From positions 192,001 through 256,000 of the forward strand of contig JAXGPF010000004.1 in assembly GCA_040767085.1 (NCBI GenBank): a DNA stretch of 64,000 bases, read 5' to 3'. Within the stretch, counting starts at the first letter, position 1, and every line of letters begins with the position of its first letter. The position numbers and the translations under genes are program-made. Below are positions 47,556 to 55,709 of this stretch, piece after piece. The notes under the pieces are model-generated. The model did not search any database, had not been told where the DNA came from, and saw only the letters and a program-made list of their open reading frames with translations. The DNA comes from Kiritimatiellia bacterium (lineage in GTDB: Bacteria > Verrucomicrobiota > Kiritimatiellia > JAAZAB01).

Positions 47556-49199
47556 TTACCCGCCGGTATACGCCCGGCGCACTGCGCTAATCGCACGCGG
47601 GCTGACACTCACCGCCGCCACCCCCGCTTCGCGCAATTGCCGGATATAGGCCGGCTCGCCCGCCAGTTCCCCGCAAACCGTCAGCGGCCGGCCGAATTCG
47701 CGGGCGGCCGCGGCGACTTCCGCCAGCAATTTCCAGAACGCCGGGCGTTCCGGGCGGTAATCATCCGCGACCAGTTCGTTGTTGCGGTCCACGGCGAACA
47801 GGTATTGGATCAGGTCGTTGGATCCGACGCTGGCGAAATCGGATTCCGCCAGCAGTTCCCGCGCCTGCAGGCAGGCCGAAGGGACTTCCAGCATGACGCC
47901 ATGCTGCGTCCTGGCCGGCGGCAAATCCTGGACGGCATCCTCGAACATGGCGCGCAGTTGCCGGAATTGATCCAAGTCCACGATCATCGGGTAAAGCACC
48001 TGCACCGGCCCCAGCGCCGCCGCCCGTGTAAGCGCCCGGGCCTGGGCGCGCCACAATTCCGCGCGCGCCAGCAGCAGGCGCCCGCCGCGGAAACCCAGCG
48101 CGGGATTTTGTTCCGGCGGCATATTTAAAAACGGCGCGGTCTTATCCCCGCCCAGGTCCAGCAGCCGGAAGGTCACGGGCCGGCCGTCCATGGCACGCAG
48201 AACGGCGCTGTACTTTTCGAACTGCTCATCCTCGGTCAGCAGGCGGCCCGCCGCGAAAAATTCGAATTCTGTGCGGTACAAGCCGATGCCTTCGGCCAGG
48301 GCGGAACGCGCGGCGGCGGCATCGGCGGCGGTGCTGATGTTTGCCAGCACGCGCAGGCCGTCCACCGGCGGCACCGGGTCCTCCGTCCGCGGCCGGCGCT
48401 TTAACGCCGCCTGGACCATCGCCGGGGGCGGATGGATGACCACGTCGCCGCTGTCGCCATCGAGCAGCAATTCGGTGCCGCAGGTCACGGCGCCGTAGAT
48501 GCCTTTAATGCCCGTTACGGCCGGGATACCCAGCGCCCGCGCCAGGATTGCGGCATGCGAGGTTTGGCCACCGCGCTCGGTGACAAAACCGCGCACAAAA
48601 CGCGCGTCCACCTCCGTGGTCAGGGTCGGCGTCAACTCCTCGGCGACAATGATGCGGTCGCGCCCCTTGCGGCAATGCGGCTGCCCGGCGCATTGCAGGC
48701 CCGGCCGGGTATTTTCCAGAATGTCCAGCAGGCGCCGCTTGATTTCGCCGATATCCGAGGCGCGTTCCCGGATGTAGGCATTATCCAATTCGAGCAGGCG
48801 GGCCTCGTACTCATCCAGCACGCGGACCACGGCCTGCGGCGCCGCGGTCCGCGCATCCACCGCGGACCTGATTTTGGCCTGGAGCGCATCATCTTCCAGG
48901 ATCATCGCCTGCGCGGTAAATATCTCCGCTTCCGCCGAACCGATGCTGGCGGTCACCTTGCGGCGCAATTCCGCCAATTGCGCCAGGGCCCGGGCGATGG
49001 CCGCCTGCAGGCGCGCATGCTCGATAGGCGGCGAAACCGCGCCGGCCGGCGGATCGGCCAAAGGCGTATGCCGGCGGTCGTTGAACAGGCAGACGCGCGC
49101 AACCGCCACGCCGCCGCTGACGGGGATACCCCGCAAGCGGATCGCACCCCCGGCGGCGGAATTCGGAATGGTCACTCTGGCTCCTTGACTTTTTAACAT
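47556..49199 (-). CDS. ptsI: PEP-protein phosphotransferase (PTS enzyme I)
   Basis: GGQTSHAAILAR phospho-His, GIGLYRTEF, DLGGDK, SVGSNDLIQY, VCGELAG. Confidence 0.92.
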   Translation of the reverse strand: MLKSQGARVTIPNSAAGGAIRLRGIPVSGGVAVARVCLFNDRRHTPLADPPAGAVSPPIEHARLQAAIARALAQLAELRRKVTASIGSAEAEIFTAQAMILEDDALQAKIRSAVDARTAAPQAVVRVLDEYEARLLELDNAYIRERASDIGEIKRRLLDILENTRPGLQCAGQPHCRKGRDRIIVAEELTPTLTTEVDARFVRGFVTERGGQTSHAAILARALGIPAVTGIKGIYGAVTCGTELLLDGDSGDVVIHPPPAMVQAALKRRPRTEDPVPPVDGLRVLANISTAADAAAARSALAEGIGLYRTEFEFFAAGRLLTEDEQFEKYSAVLRAMDGRPVTFRLLDLGGDKTAPFLNMPPEQNPALGFRGGRLLLARAELWRAQARALTRAAALGPVQVLYPMIVDLDQFRQLRAMFEDAVQDLPPARTQHGVMLEVPSACLQARELLAESDFASVGSNDLIQYLFAVDRNNELVADDYRPERPAFWKLLAEVAAAAREFGRPLTVCGELAGEPAYIRQLREAGVAAVSVSPRAISAVRRAYTGG

Positions 49200-49247
49200 G
49201 AATTTCTATTATTAACTTATTGCATCACAAAGCTCAACTTCAATTTT

Positions 49248-50513
49248 ATGGCTACCAACGACAGCGCGGCCACCCAGCCGCGCGCTGAAATATCCAATTC
49301 GTCCTCAAGCGCCGTGCCGGCGGGCGTGCCACTGCCGAGCGCGGCTCCCGCCGGGTCCAAACTGCCGCCGGCCGTGCGGCTGGTGAAGCCGGCGGCGCCG
49401 GCCGCGCCCGCCCCGGCCGCTGCCGACCAATCCGGCATCGCTTTCCGACTGCAAATCGCGGATCAGATCTGGCGGTACGTCGCCCATGGGTTGGTGATGA
49501 CCGACGCCGCGGGCCTGGTGCAATGCGCTAATCCAGCATTTATCAGCATGCTGCGTTACACCGTGGAGCAGGAACTCATCAGCCGCGATATTCGTTCCTT
49601 CCTGGCAACCGACACCGATCTGGACCGCGTGATCCAGCATCTCAATGAGCGCTGCATCTGCACCAAGCGGCTCGCGGTCAAAACCCGCGACGGCATGTCG
49701 CTGCCGGTCCAACTGACCGCCTCTCCGGTGTTCCTGCCGGATGGCCGGCTGCGCTACATGATTTTTTCCATGGATGACGCCACGGCCGACCTGGAAGCGG
49801 AAAAACTGCGGGAACAATCTGCCTTGCATACCCAGGCCGTCGCCATGTCGCAAGCCCGGCTGGCGGCCATTGCCGAATTGAGTTACGCCTTGAACGATCC
49901 GCTGCAAAACCTGCTGGGCCTGGCGGAGGAGGATCAACGCGCCGATTATCAGGAGCAAGTCAGGCGCGTGATTGAGATAGTCCGGCAGTTTCACACGCCG
50001 CCGCAAGGCGTGCCGCGCGCGGAGGCCGGCGTGGCCGAAGCGCCTCCGACCCAAATATATCCGGCCCCGGAAAAGCCGGATGGCCAATGCTCCTCCTGCA
50101 CACCGGACCTGCTGATGGTGGTGGACGATGAACCGCTGATCCGCCGCCTGTTTGACCGCCTGCTTTCCGACGCGTTTCCCCAATTGCGCATCGAACTGGC
50201 TGAAAACGGCGACCGGGCCGTCGAGCTTTTCACCCACGGCCACCATGCGCTGATTATCATGGACGTCATGATGCCTGGTCTGCGCGGCGACGAGGCTTTC
50301 AACCGCATGGCTGAAATCTGCGCGGCCAAAAACTGGGCCGCGCCCCACTTCATTTTCTGCACCGGCTTCATGCCGCCCGAGGCGGTGATAGCCATCACCC
50401 GCGATCCGCAGCACGCGCTCCTGCGTAAACCCGTCAGCCGCAAAGAGGTGGTTGCCGTCACGCAAAGGTTTCTGCAAAGCGCGCCGGGCGGCACGGGTCA
50501 TGAAAAAAGTTGA
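49248..50513 (+). CDS. PAS + degenerate HisKA-like helix + receiver protein
   Basis: PAS (ANPAF..ML.Y), ELSYALNDPL, receiver VVDDE/MDVMMP/RKP; no HATPase domain. Confidence 0.8.
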   Translation: MATNDSAATQPRAEISNSSSSAVPAGVPLPSAAPAGSKLPPAVRLVKPAAPAAPAPAAADQSGIAFRLQIADQIWRYVAHGLVMTDAAGLVQCANPAFISMLRYTVEQELISRDIRSFLATDTDLDRVIQHLNERCICTKRLAVKTRDGMSLPVQLTASPVFLPDGRLRYMIFSMDDATADLEAEKLREQSALHTQAVAMSQARLAAIAELSYALNDPLQNLLGLAEEDQRADYQEQVRRVIEIVRQFHTPPQGVPRAEAGVAEAPPTQIYPAPEKPDGQCSSCTPDLLMVVDDEPLIRRLFDRLLSDAFPQLRIELAENGDRAVELFTHGHHALIIMDVMMPGLRGDEAFNRMAEICAAKNWAAPHFIFCTGFMPPEAVIAITRDPQHALLRKPVSRKEVVAVTQRFLQSAPGGTGHEKS

Positions 50514-50546
50514 TCTTTTACGCGCAGATTGTATGATCCGGGCTTG

Positions 50547-52043
50547 ATGCAACTTTTTGGTCAACGCGGTTCAATCCTGACGGCTTGGTTTTTGGCCGCT
50601 GGCCGGCTGTTGCGGCCACTGCGGCTGGCCGCCGCCGGCCTGGTCTTATGCGCCGGCATGTGCGCGGATGGGAGCACGGGCGCAACGGCCGCGGCCGACG
50701 GCCGGCCCGCGGCCGCATCCCCCGGCCCAACTTATATCATTCCCATTGAAGGTCCGATCGAAAAAGCGCTTTTGTACGTTATCCGCCGCGGCCTGGCGCA
50801 GGCGGCGGAACAGCAGGCCGGCGCCGTGGTGTTCGTCATCAACACGCCGGGCGGCCAGTTGGATGCCACGGAGGAAATCATCCGCCTGCTCCTGCAAACG
50901 CGCGTGCCAACCTGCACGCTGGTGCAATCGCGCGCGCTTTCCGCGGGCGCCATCATCGCCATGGCCACCGACCGAATCTACATGACGCCAGGCAGCGTCA
51001 TCGGCGATGCCCTGCCGATCATGATCACGCCTTTCGGCGGCGTCCAGGATCTGCCGGAAGCCATCCAGGAAAAAGCCGTCTCCGGCGTCGCTGCCATAAT
51101 CCGTTCCGCAGCCCAGCAAAAGGGACACGACCCGCAACTGGCGGAAGCCATGGTGCGGCGCGAGCTGGAATATAAATCCGGCGACGTCGTCATCAGCCCG
51201 GCCGGCCAATTGCTGACGCTCACCGACACGGAAGCCGCCCGGCCGACCGGCGCGGACGGACAGCCGTTGCTTTCGCGGGGGACCGTGGCCAACCTGGCGG
51301 AATTGCTGCAACGCGAGGGCCGCGACGCGAAAAAAACCTTGACCTTGCAGGTAACGGCGGCCGAGAGAATCGCGCGCCTGATCGAATCTTTTTCCGTGAT
51401 CCTGCTGGCAGCCGGCCTGCTGGGGTTTTACATCGAGTTTAAAACTCCGGGGTTCGGCCTGCCGGGCATCGCCGGTGTCATCTGCCTGGCCCTGTTTTTC
51501 TGGGGACATCACATCGCCGGCCTGGCCGGCATGGGTGAAATTCTGATCTTCATCATCGGCGCAGTCTGCCTGGCGGTGGAAATTTTCGTGACGCCCGGGT
51601 TCGGCCTCCTGGGCATCTCCGGTTTGCTGATGATGCTGTTCGCCCTGTTTTCCGCCATGGCGCCCAGCCTGCCGGATTGGCAATGGCAGACCATCGCCGG
51701 CGGCAAACTGCAAGTCCCCCTGTTGAAAGCTGCCGGCGCCGTCGTCCTGGGCGGGGTGGCCGCCTGGTTCGTCGGAACGCGCCTGCCGCGCTCCTCTGTC
51801 TTCCAACGCATCACCTTGCAGGCATCCCACGACCGCCAACGCGGTTTCAGCGCCGGACCCGACACCCGCCAATGGCTGGACCAGGCCGGGCAAGCCCTGA
51901 CCGATCTGCGCCCCGCGGGCATCGGCGCCTTTGACGGGCAACGGCTGGACATCGTCACGCGGGGCGAGTACCTGCCCGCCGGCACACCGGTCAGGATTGT
52001 GGAAACCCACGGCGCGCGGATTATTGTGGAGGAAACGACCTAA
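50547..52043 (+). CDS. NfeD long form (ClpP-like protease, TM, OB-fold)
   Basis: INTPGG, ALSAGA, EKA, IEFKTPGFG, TDLRPAG; TTGATC-N16-TATGAT at 50510-50537 favours the 50547 start. Confidence 0.88.
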   Translation: MQLFGQRGSILTAWFLAAGRLLRPLRLAAAGLVLCAGMCADGSTGATAAADGRPAAASPGPTYIIPIEGPIEKALLYVIRRGLAQAAEQQAGAVVFVINTPGGQLDATEEIIRLLLQTRVPTCTLVQSRALSAGAIIAMATDRIYMTPGSVIGDALPIMITPFGGVQDLPEAIQEKAVSGVAAIIRSAAQQKGHDPQLAEAMVRRELEYKSGDVVISPAGQLLTLTDTEAARPTGADGQPLLSRGTVANLAELLQREGRDAKKTLTLQVTAAERIARLIESFSVILLAAGLLGFYIEFKTPGFGLPGIAGVICLALFFWGHHIAGLAGMGEILIFIIGAVCLAVEIFVTPGFGLLGISGLLMMLFALFSAMAPSLPDWQWQTIAGGKLQVPLLKAAGAVVLGGVAAWFVGTRLPRSSVFQRITLQASHDRQRGFSAGPDTRQWLDQAGQALTDLRPAGIGAFDGQRLDIVTRGEYLPAGTPVRIVETHGARIIVEETT

Positions 52044-52047
52044 AACC

Positions 52048-52596
52048 ATGCAAATATTTATCCTGCTCTTGTCGGCCGGTCTGCTGTTGCTCGCCGCGGA
52101 AATCTTCCTGCCTGGCGGCATTTTAGGGATTTTGGGCGGCATGGCACTGCTGGGAGCGGTCGCCGCCGGCTTCGCGGCCTTCGGCCCGGCAATTGGCATG
52201 TATATCGCGCTGGCCATCATCATCGGCGGCAGCGCGGGAATATTCATGTGGATTAAATTCTTCCCTCGCACCCGCGTCGGCCGCGCCTTGACCTTGCAGC
52301 ATACCGAATCAGAGTACAAAGCGGCTGACACGGACTCCCGGCGGAATTTAACAGGGAAAACCGGCAAGGCGGTCACGGACTTGCGCCCGGCGGGTATTGC
52401 GCGGATTGACAGCCGCAATTACGACGTTGTCTCGGAAGGCATGCTGATTCAACGCGGCAGCGCCGTGCAAGTGGCAAAAGTTGACGGCGCCAGCATCGTG
52501 GTGCGCCAGGCCGGCAGCGATGGCACGGCTGCGTCATTCTCGGCGGCTCGCCCGGAGGTCTCGCCCTACCCACGACAAATGCTTATGAATCGGTAG
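52048..52596 (+). CDS. NfeD short form (TM + OB-fold)
   Basis: AEIFLPGGILG, GKTGKAVTDLRPAG, DVVSEG; C-terminus runs through the REP pair. Confidence 0.85.
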   Translation: MQIFILLLSAGLLLLAAEIFLPGGILGILGGMALLGAVAAGFAAFGPAIGMYIALAIIIGGSAGIFMWIKFFPRTRVGRALTLQHTESEYKAADTDSRRNLTGKTGKAVTDLRPAGIARIDSRNYDVVSEGMLIQRGSAVQVAKVDGASIVVRQAGSDGTAASFSAARPEVSPYPRQMLMNR

Positions 52597-52619
52597 GGCG
52601 AGGTCTCCGTACCGAGCCG
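52544..52619. repeat. inverted pair of GTAG-type REP elements
   Basis: 52544-52570 reads GGTAGGGCGAGACCTCCGGGCGAGCCG on the minus strand; 52592-52619 reads GGTAGGGCGAGGTCTCCGTACCGAGCCG. Confidence 0.75.
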
Positions 52620-52674
52620 TCTGTTCTGAGAATGACGCAGCCCTGGGCAGCGATGCGCCCAACGCGGTTCCGCT

Positions 52675-52704
52675 TTGACATCGCGCGGGCAGTTATGCCA
52701 TAAT
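52675..52704 (+). promoter_or_regulatory. sigma70-type promoter
   Basis: TTGACA-N18-CATAAT with an extended-10 TG. Confidence 0.5.
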
Positions 52705-52715
52705 TTAAACCAGTG

Positions 52716-52794
52716 TTGGAGTGTGTTCGGTAGTCAGTGTTCGGACGTATAACCTTAAACCCGTAAACTGCAAAACTTACAAGACGTGAGTTTT
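52716..52794 (+). repeat. non-coding element, copy A
   Basis: Similar to 61293-61396; ends in hairpin AAAACTTAC-aagac-GTGAGTTTT. Confidence 0.55.
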
Positions 52795-52842
52795 CGTGTT
52801 CATTTTGCTTTAATACATGCAAACACCGAGGAGAATATATAT

Positions 52843-54513
52843 ATGCGGTTTTGTGCCCGTGTTACGATAAAAGCAGGATTACTGTTGACATTCGGCTTAG
52901 GATTTGGAAATTACACCGAGGGCGTGCCGCCAGAAACCGCGGCCGACTCCATCCAGGCAAAAATCGCCGCCCTGGAAACCGAAGACCTGACCGTCAACCG
53001 CCATGCCATGGCGGACCTGGTGAAGCTCGGTCCGCCGGCAGTCGAGTCGTTGATCCAGAGCCTGCGGAGCGACAAGCAATTGACCCGGCTTTCCGCCGCC
53101 GAAGCGCTGGGCGCGATCGGCGATCCCCGCGCCGTGGACCCGCTACTGGCGATGCTGCAGGGTGACGATTACGCCGGACGCTGGGCGGCGGCGGAGGCGC
53201 TGGGACGGATTCGCGATCCCCGCGCCGTGGACCCGCTGATCGAAAGCCTGCGCGGCGCCCAGGTCGATCTCCGGAGCGCCATCGTGACCGCCCTGAATCA
53301 AATCGGCGACCCGCGCGCCGTGCCGACCCTGGTGAAATTTCTCAAGGACGAAAACCCCGACACCCGTATCTCAGCCGCCCGGGTGGTTGGTCGGCTGGGC
53401 GGAGCGGAAGTCGCGCCGTCCTTGATTCCCAGCCTGAATGACCCCGCCCCCGAAGTGCGGATAAGCGCCGCCGAGGCGTTGGGCCGCCTGGGCGCGGCCG
53501 AGGCGTTAGAGCCCTTGATTGCCATGCTGGCCGACGACCAAATCGGCGTCAGGCTGGCGGCGGCCGCCGCCTTGGGCAAAATCGGCGACCCGCGCGCCAT
53601 GCCGCCCCTCGTGGACGCCCTGCAGCCGCATGACGCCGAGCAGCGTATGGTCGTGGCCGGCGCCATCGGACTTCTGCGCGACCCCGCGGGCACCCAACCC
53701 CTGATCGCCCTGCTGCGCGACGAACGCGAACCGGTGCAGGCGGCCGCCGTGGCCGCCCTGGAACAGATGGGCTCCGCCGCGGCCCCGGATTTGATCAACT
53801 GCCTGGGCGATTACTCCAGCCGCATCTGCGCCATCGCCGCCCGCCTGCTGGGCGGCGCCGGTTACCAGGAAGCCCGCGATCCTATAGTAGCCCTGCTGAA
53901 GCACACTGATGCCGGCGTGCGCCAGGCGGCGGCCGCCGCGTTGACCCGGCTGGGTTACACCCCGGAAACGCTGGAAGACCGGGTGACGTTTTATATTGCC
54001 GACCGGGATTGGCGCGCTCTGGCGGATGCCAGCCAGCCAGCCTTCGATCAATTGCTGACCAGCCTGGCCAGCGAAAACTCCGCCGAACGCATCCTGGCCC
54101 TCGATGCCCTCGAAGAGGTCTGGCGCAGCAACATCGCGCCCTTGCTGGAATCGTTGCGCAACACCAACGCCTCTATCCGGGTGTTCACGGCGGAAGCCCT
54201 GGGCAATATCGGCAACAAAGATGCCATCGAGCCTTTGACCGCCCTGCAAAACGACGAGAATGAATACGTGCGCAAATACGCCGCGCGCGCCCTGAATCAA
54301 CTGGGGCGTGAAGTTCCCATCCCCGAGCCGGCCCCCCTGCGTTTTGAAGGCCGCGCCCCCGCCGGTGAAACCGCGGATGAGGGCGCCGTCGCAGCCGCCT
54401 CCGGCGAATCGGCCACCGGCGAAGCCGCGGCCAGCGAAGGCGCCGCCGCATCTGATGTCGGGGGCGCCGCCACCAACAACATTCTCGGCGACATCCCCTT
54501 GTTGACGTTCTGA
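52843..54513 (+). CDS. HEAT (PBS-lyase-like) repeat protein, probably exported
   Basis: GAGGAG SD; many AAEALGxIGDPRAVDPL repeats; acidic Ala-rich tail. Confidence 0.88.
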   Translation: MRFCARVTIKAGLLLTFGLGFGNYTEGVPPETAADSIQAKIAALETEDLTVNRHAMADLVKLGPPAVESLIQSLRSDKQLTRLSAAEALGAIGDPRAVDPLLAMLQGDDYAGRWAAAEALGRIRDPRAVDPLIESLRGAQVDLRSAIVTALNQIGDPRAVPTLVKFLKDENPDTRISAARVVGRLGGAEVAPSLIPSLNDPAPEVRISAAEALGRLGAAEALEPLIAMLADDQIGVRLAAAAALGKIGDPRAMPPLVDALQPHDAEQRMVVAGAIGLLRDPAGTQPLIALLRDEREPVQAAAVAALEQMGSAAAPDLINCLGDYSSRICAIAARLLGGAGYQEARDPIVALLKHTDAGVRQAAAAALTRLGYTPETLEDRVTFYIADRDWRALADASQPAFDQLLTSLASENSAERILALDALEEVWRSNIAPLLESLRNTNASIRVFTAEALGNIGNKDAIEPLTALQNDENEYVRKYAARALNQLGREVPIPEPAPLRFEGRAPAGETADEGAVAAASGESATGEAAASEGAAASDVGGAATNNILGDIPLLTF

Positions 54514-55709
54514 TGCAACGATTTCCCCTTTGCACGCCTTGGGCGCTGGCCGCCTGGATTTGGGCCGGCGCAGCCGCCGCGCCGGCAATTCACTTGCAAC
54601 GCACGGCCGGCGTATTCGCCGTGCCCGCGGAATCCAATTTACCGCCGGACACCGCGGTGATCGCGGAAAGCATGGATATCGCCGGAAATGCGGAAGACGA
54701 TGTTTTCCTGCTGGCCACCGGCGCCAGCGCGCTGCGCCAGCCGGCCGGCGCCGGGACCATCAACCTGCGGGGCGAATGCCGAAATGACGTCTGGGCATGG
54801 GGCCGCCGGATCAACCTGACGGGTGTCATCCATGACCATGCCCGCCTGGGCGGTTTCAGCGTAGCCCTGCACGGGCAGGTGCGGGGTAACGCCCTCCTGG
54901 CGGCCAATAATATTCACCTGGCGCCGCCGGCAATCCTGGCGGGCAATGCGCAACTTTTCGGCGAAAACGTGATCTGTGAAGGCGCGGTTACCGGACGCCT
55001 GACGATTGTCGGCGGCAAGGTCACCCTGGCGGGGCATTGTGGCGGCGATGTGGCGGTCAAGGCGCAGGACTTGGTGATTCTACCGGGAGCAAACATCGGC
55101 GGCAACCTGGACTATTGGACCCCGCGCGCCGTCACCCTGCCGGCAGAGGCCGCCGTCAAGGGAAAATTCCGCCGGCACAAGCCCCCTGCCGCCAAGCCCG
55201 GCGGCAAGCTCATGGCCTTCCTGCCCCTGGCGATCTGGGGGTATCTCAGCGCCTTATGCGCGGGAACATTATTTGTTTTATGCTGCCCGGCGACGGCCGC
55301 CGGCGCCGGACTGGCCGCCCGCCATATGCCCGGACGCAGCGCCCTGACGGGCATGATCTGGATGGCGGGCGCGCCGCCCATGGTGTTGTTGCTGGCCCTG
55401 AGCATTATCGGTCTGCCGACCGGACTGCTGCTGGCGGCCTTCACCGCCATGCTGATCTACCTGGGGAAAACCGTCATAGCCCTGGCCTTGGGACTGCTGT
55501 TGCTGCGGCCGGCAATCCCCATCAACCGCCGCATGCTGATTGGACGGATGGCTTTGGGCCTGGCCGTGCTTCAAGCCGCCGCCTTCCCCGTCTCCGCCAT
55601 GCCCATCTGGCTGCTGGCCGCCTTGCTGGGCGCCGGCGCGCTTTTACGGGCGATCTTCGGCGGAGCGCGGCCAGCGCCGGGCGGCGAAGTTCAACCGCCG
55701 GCATTATGA
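54513..55709 (+). CDS. bactofilin-like beta-helix membrane protein
   Basis: Signal peptide, GxVxG[DN] repeats, several C-terminal TM helices; TGATG overlap with the HEAT gene. Confidence 0.7.
   Translation: MQRFPLCTPWALAAWIWAGAAAAPAIHLQRTAGVFAVPAESNLPPDTAVIAESMDIAGNAEDDVFLLATGASALRQPAGAGTINLRGECRNDVWAWGRRINLTGVIHDHARLGGFSVALHGQVRGNALLAANNIHLAPPAILAGNAQLFGENVICEGAVTGRLTIVGGKVTLAGHCGGDVAVKAQDLVILPGANIGGNLDYWTPRAVTLPAEAAVKGKFRRHKPPAAKPGGKLMAFLPLAIWGYLSALCAGTLFVLCCPATAAGAGLAARHMPGRSALTGMIWMAGAPPMVLLLALSIIGLPTGLLLAAFTAMLIYLGKTVIALALGLLLLRPAIPINRRMLIGRMALGLAVLQAAAFPVSAMPIWLLAALLGAGALLRAIFGGARPAPGGEVQPPAL

Noticed and set aside
53098-53600. Repeated GGCGA[TC]CC[CG]CGCGCCGTG DNA units
   Set aside because: Coding repeats of the HEAT motif GDPRAV, not a DNA-level array
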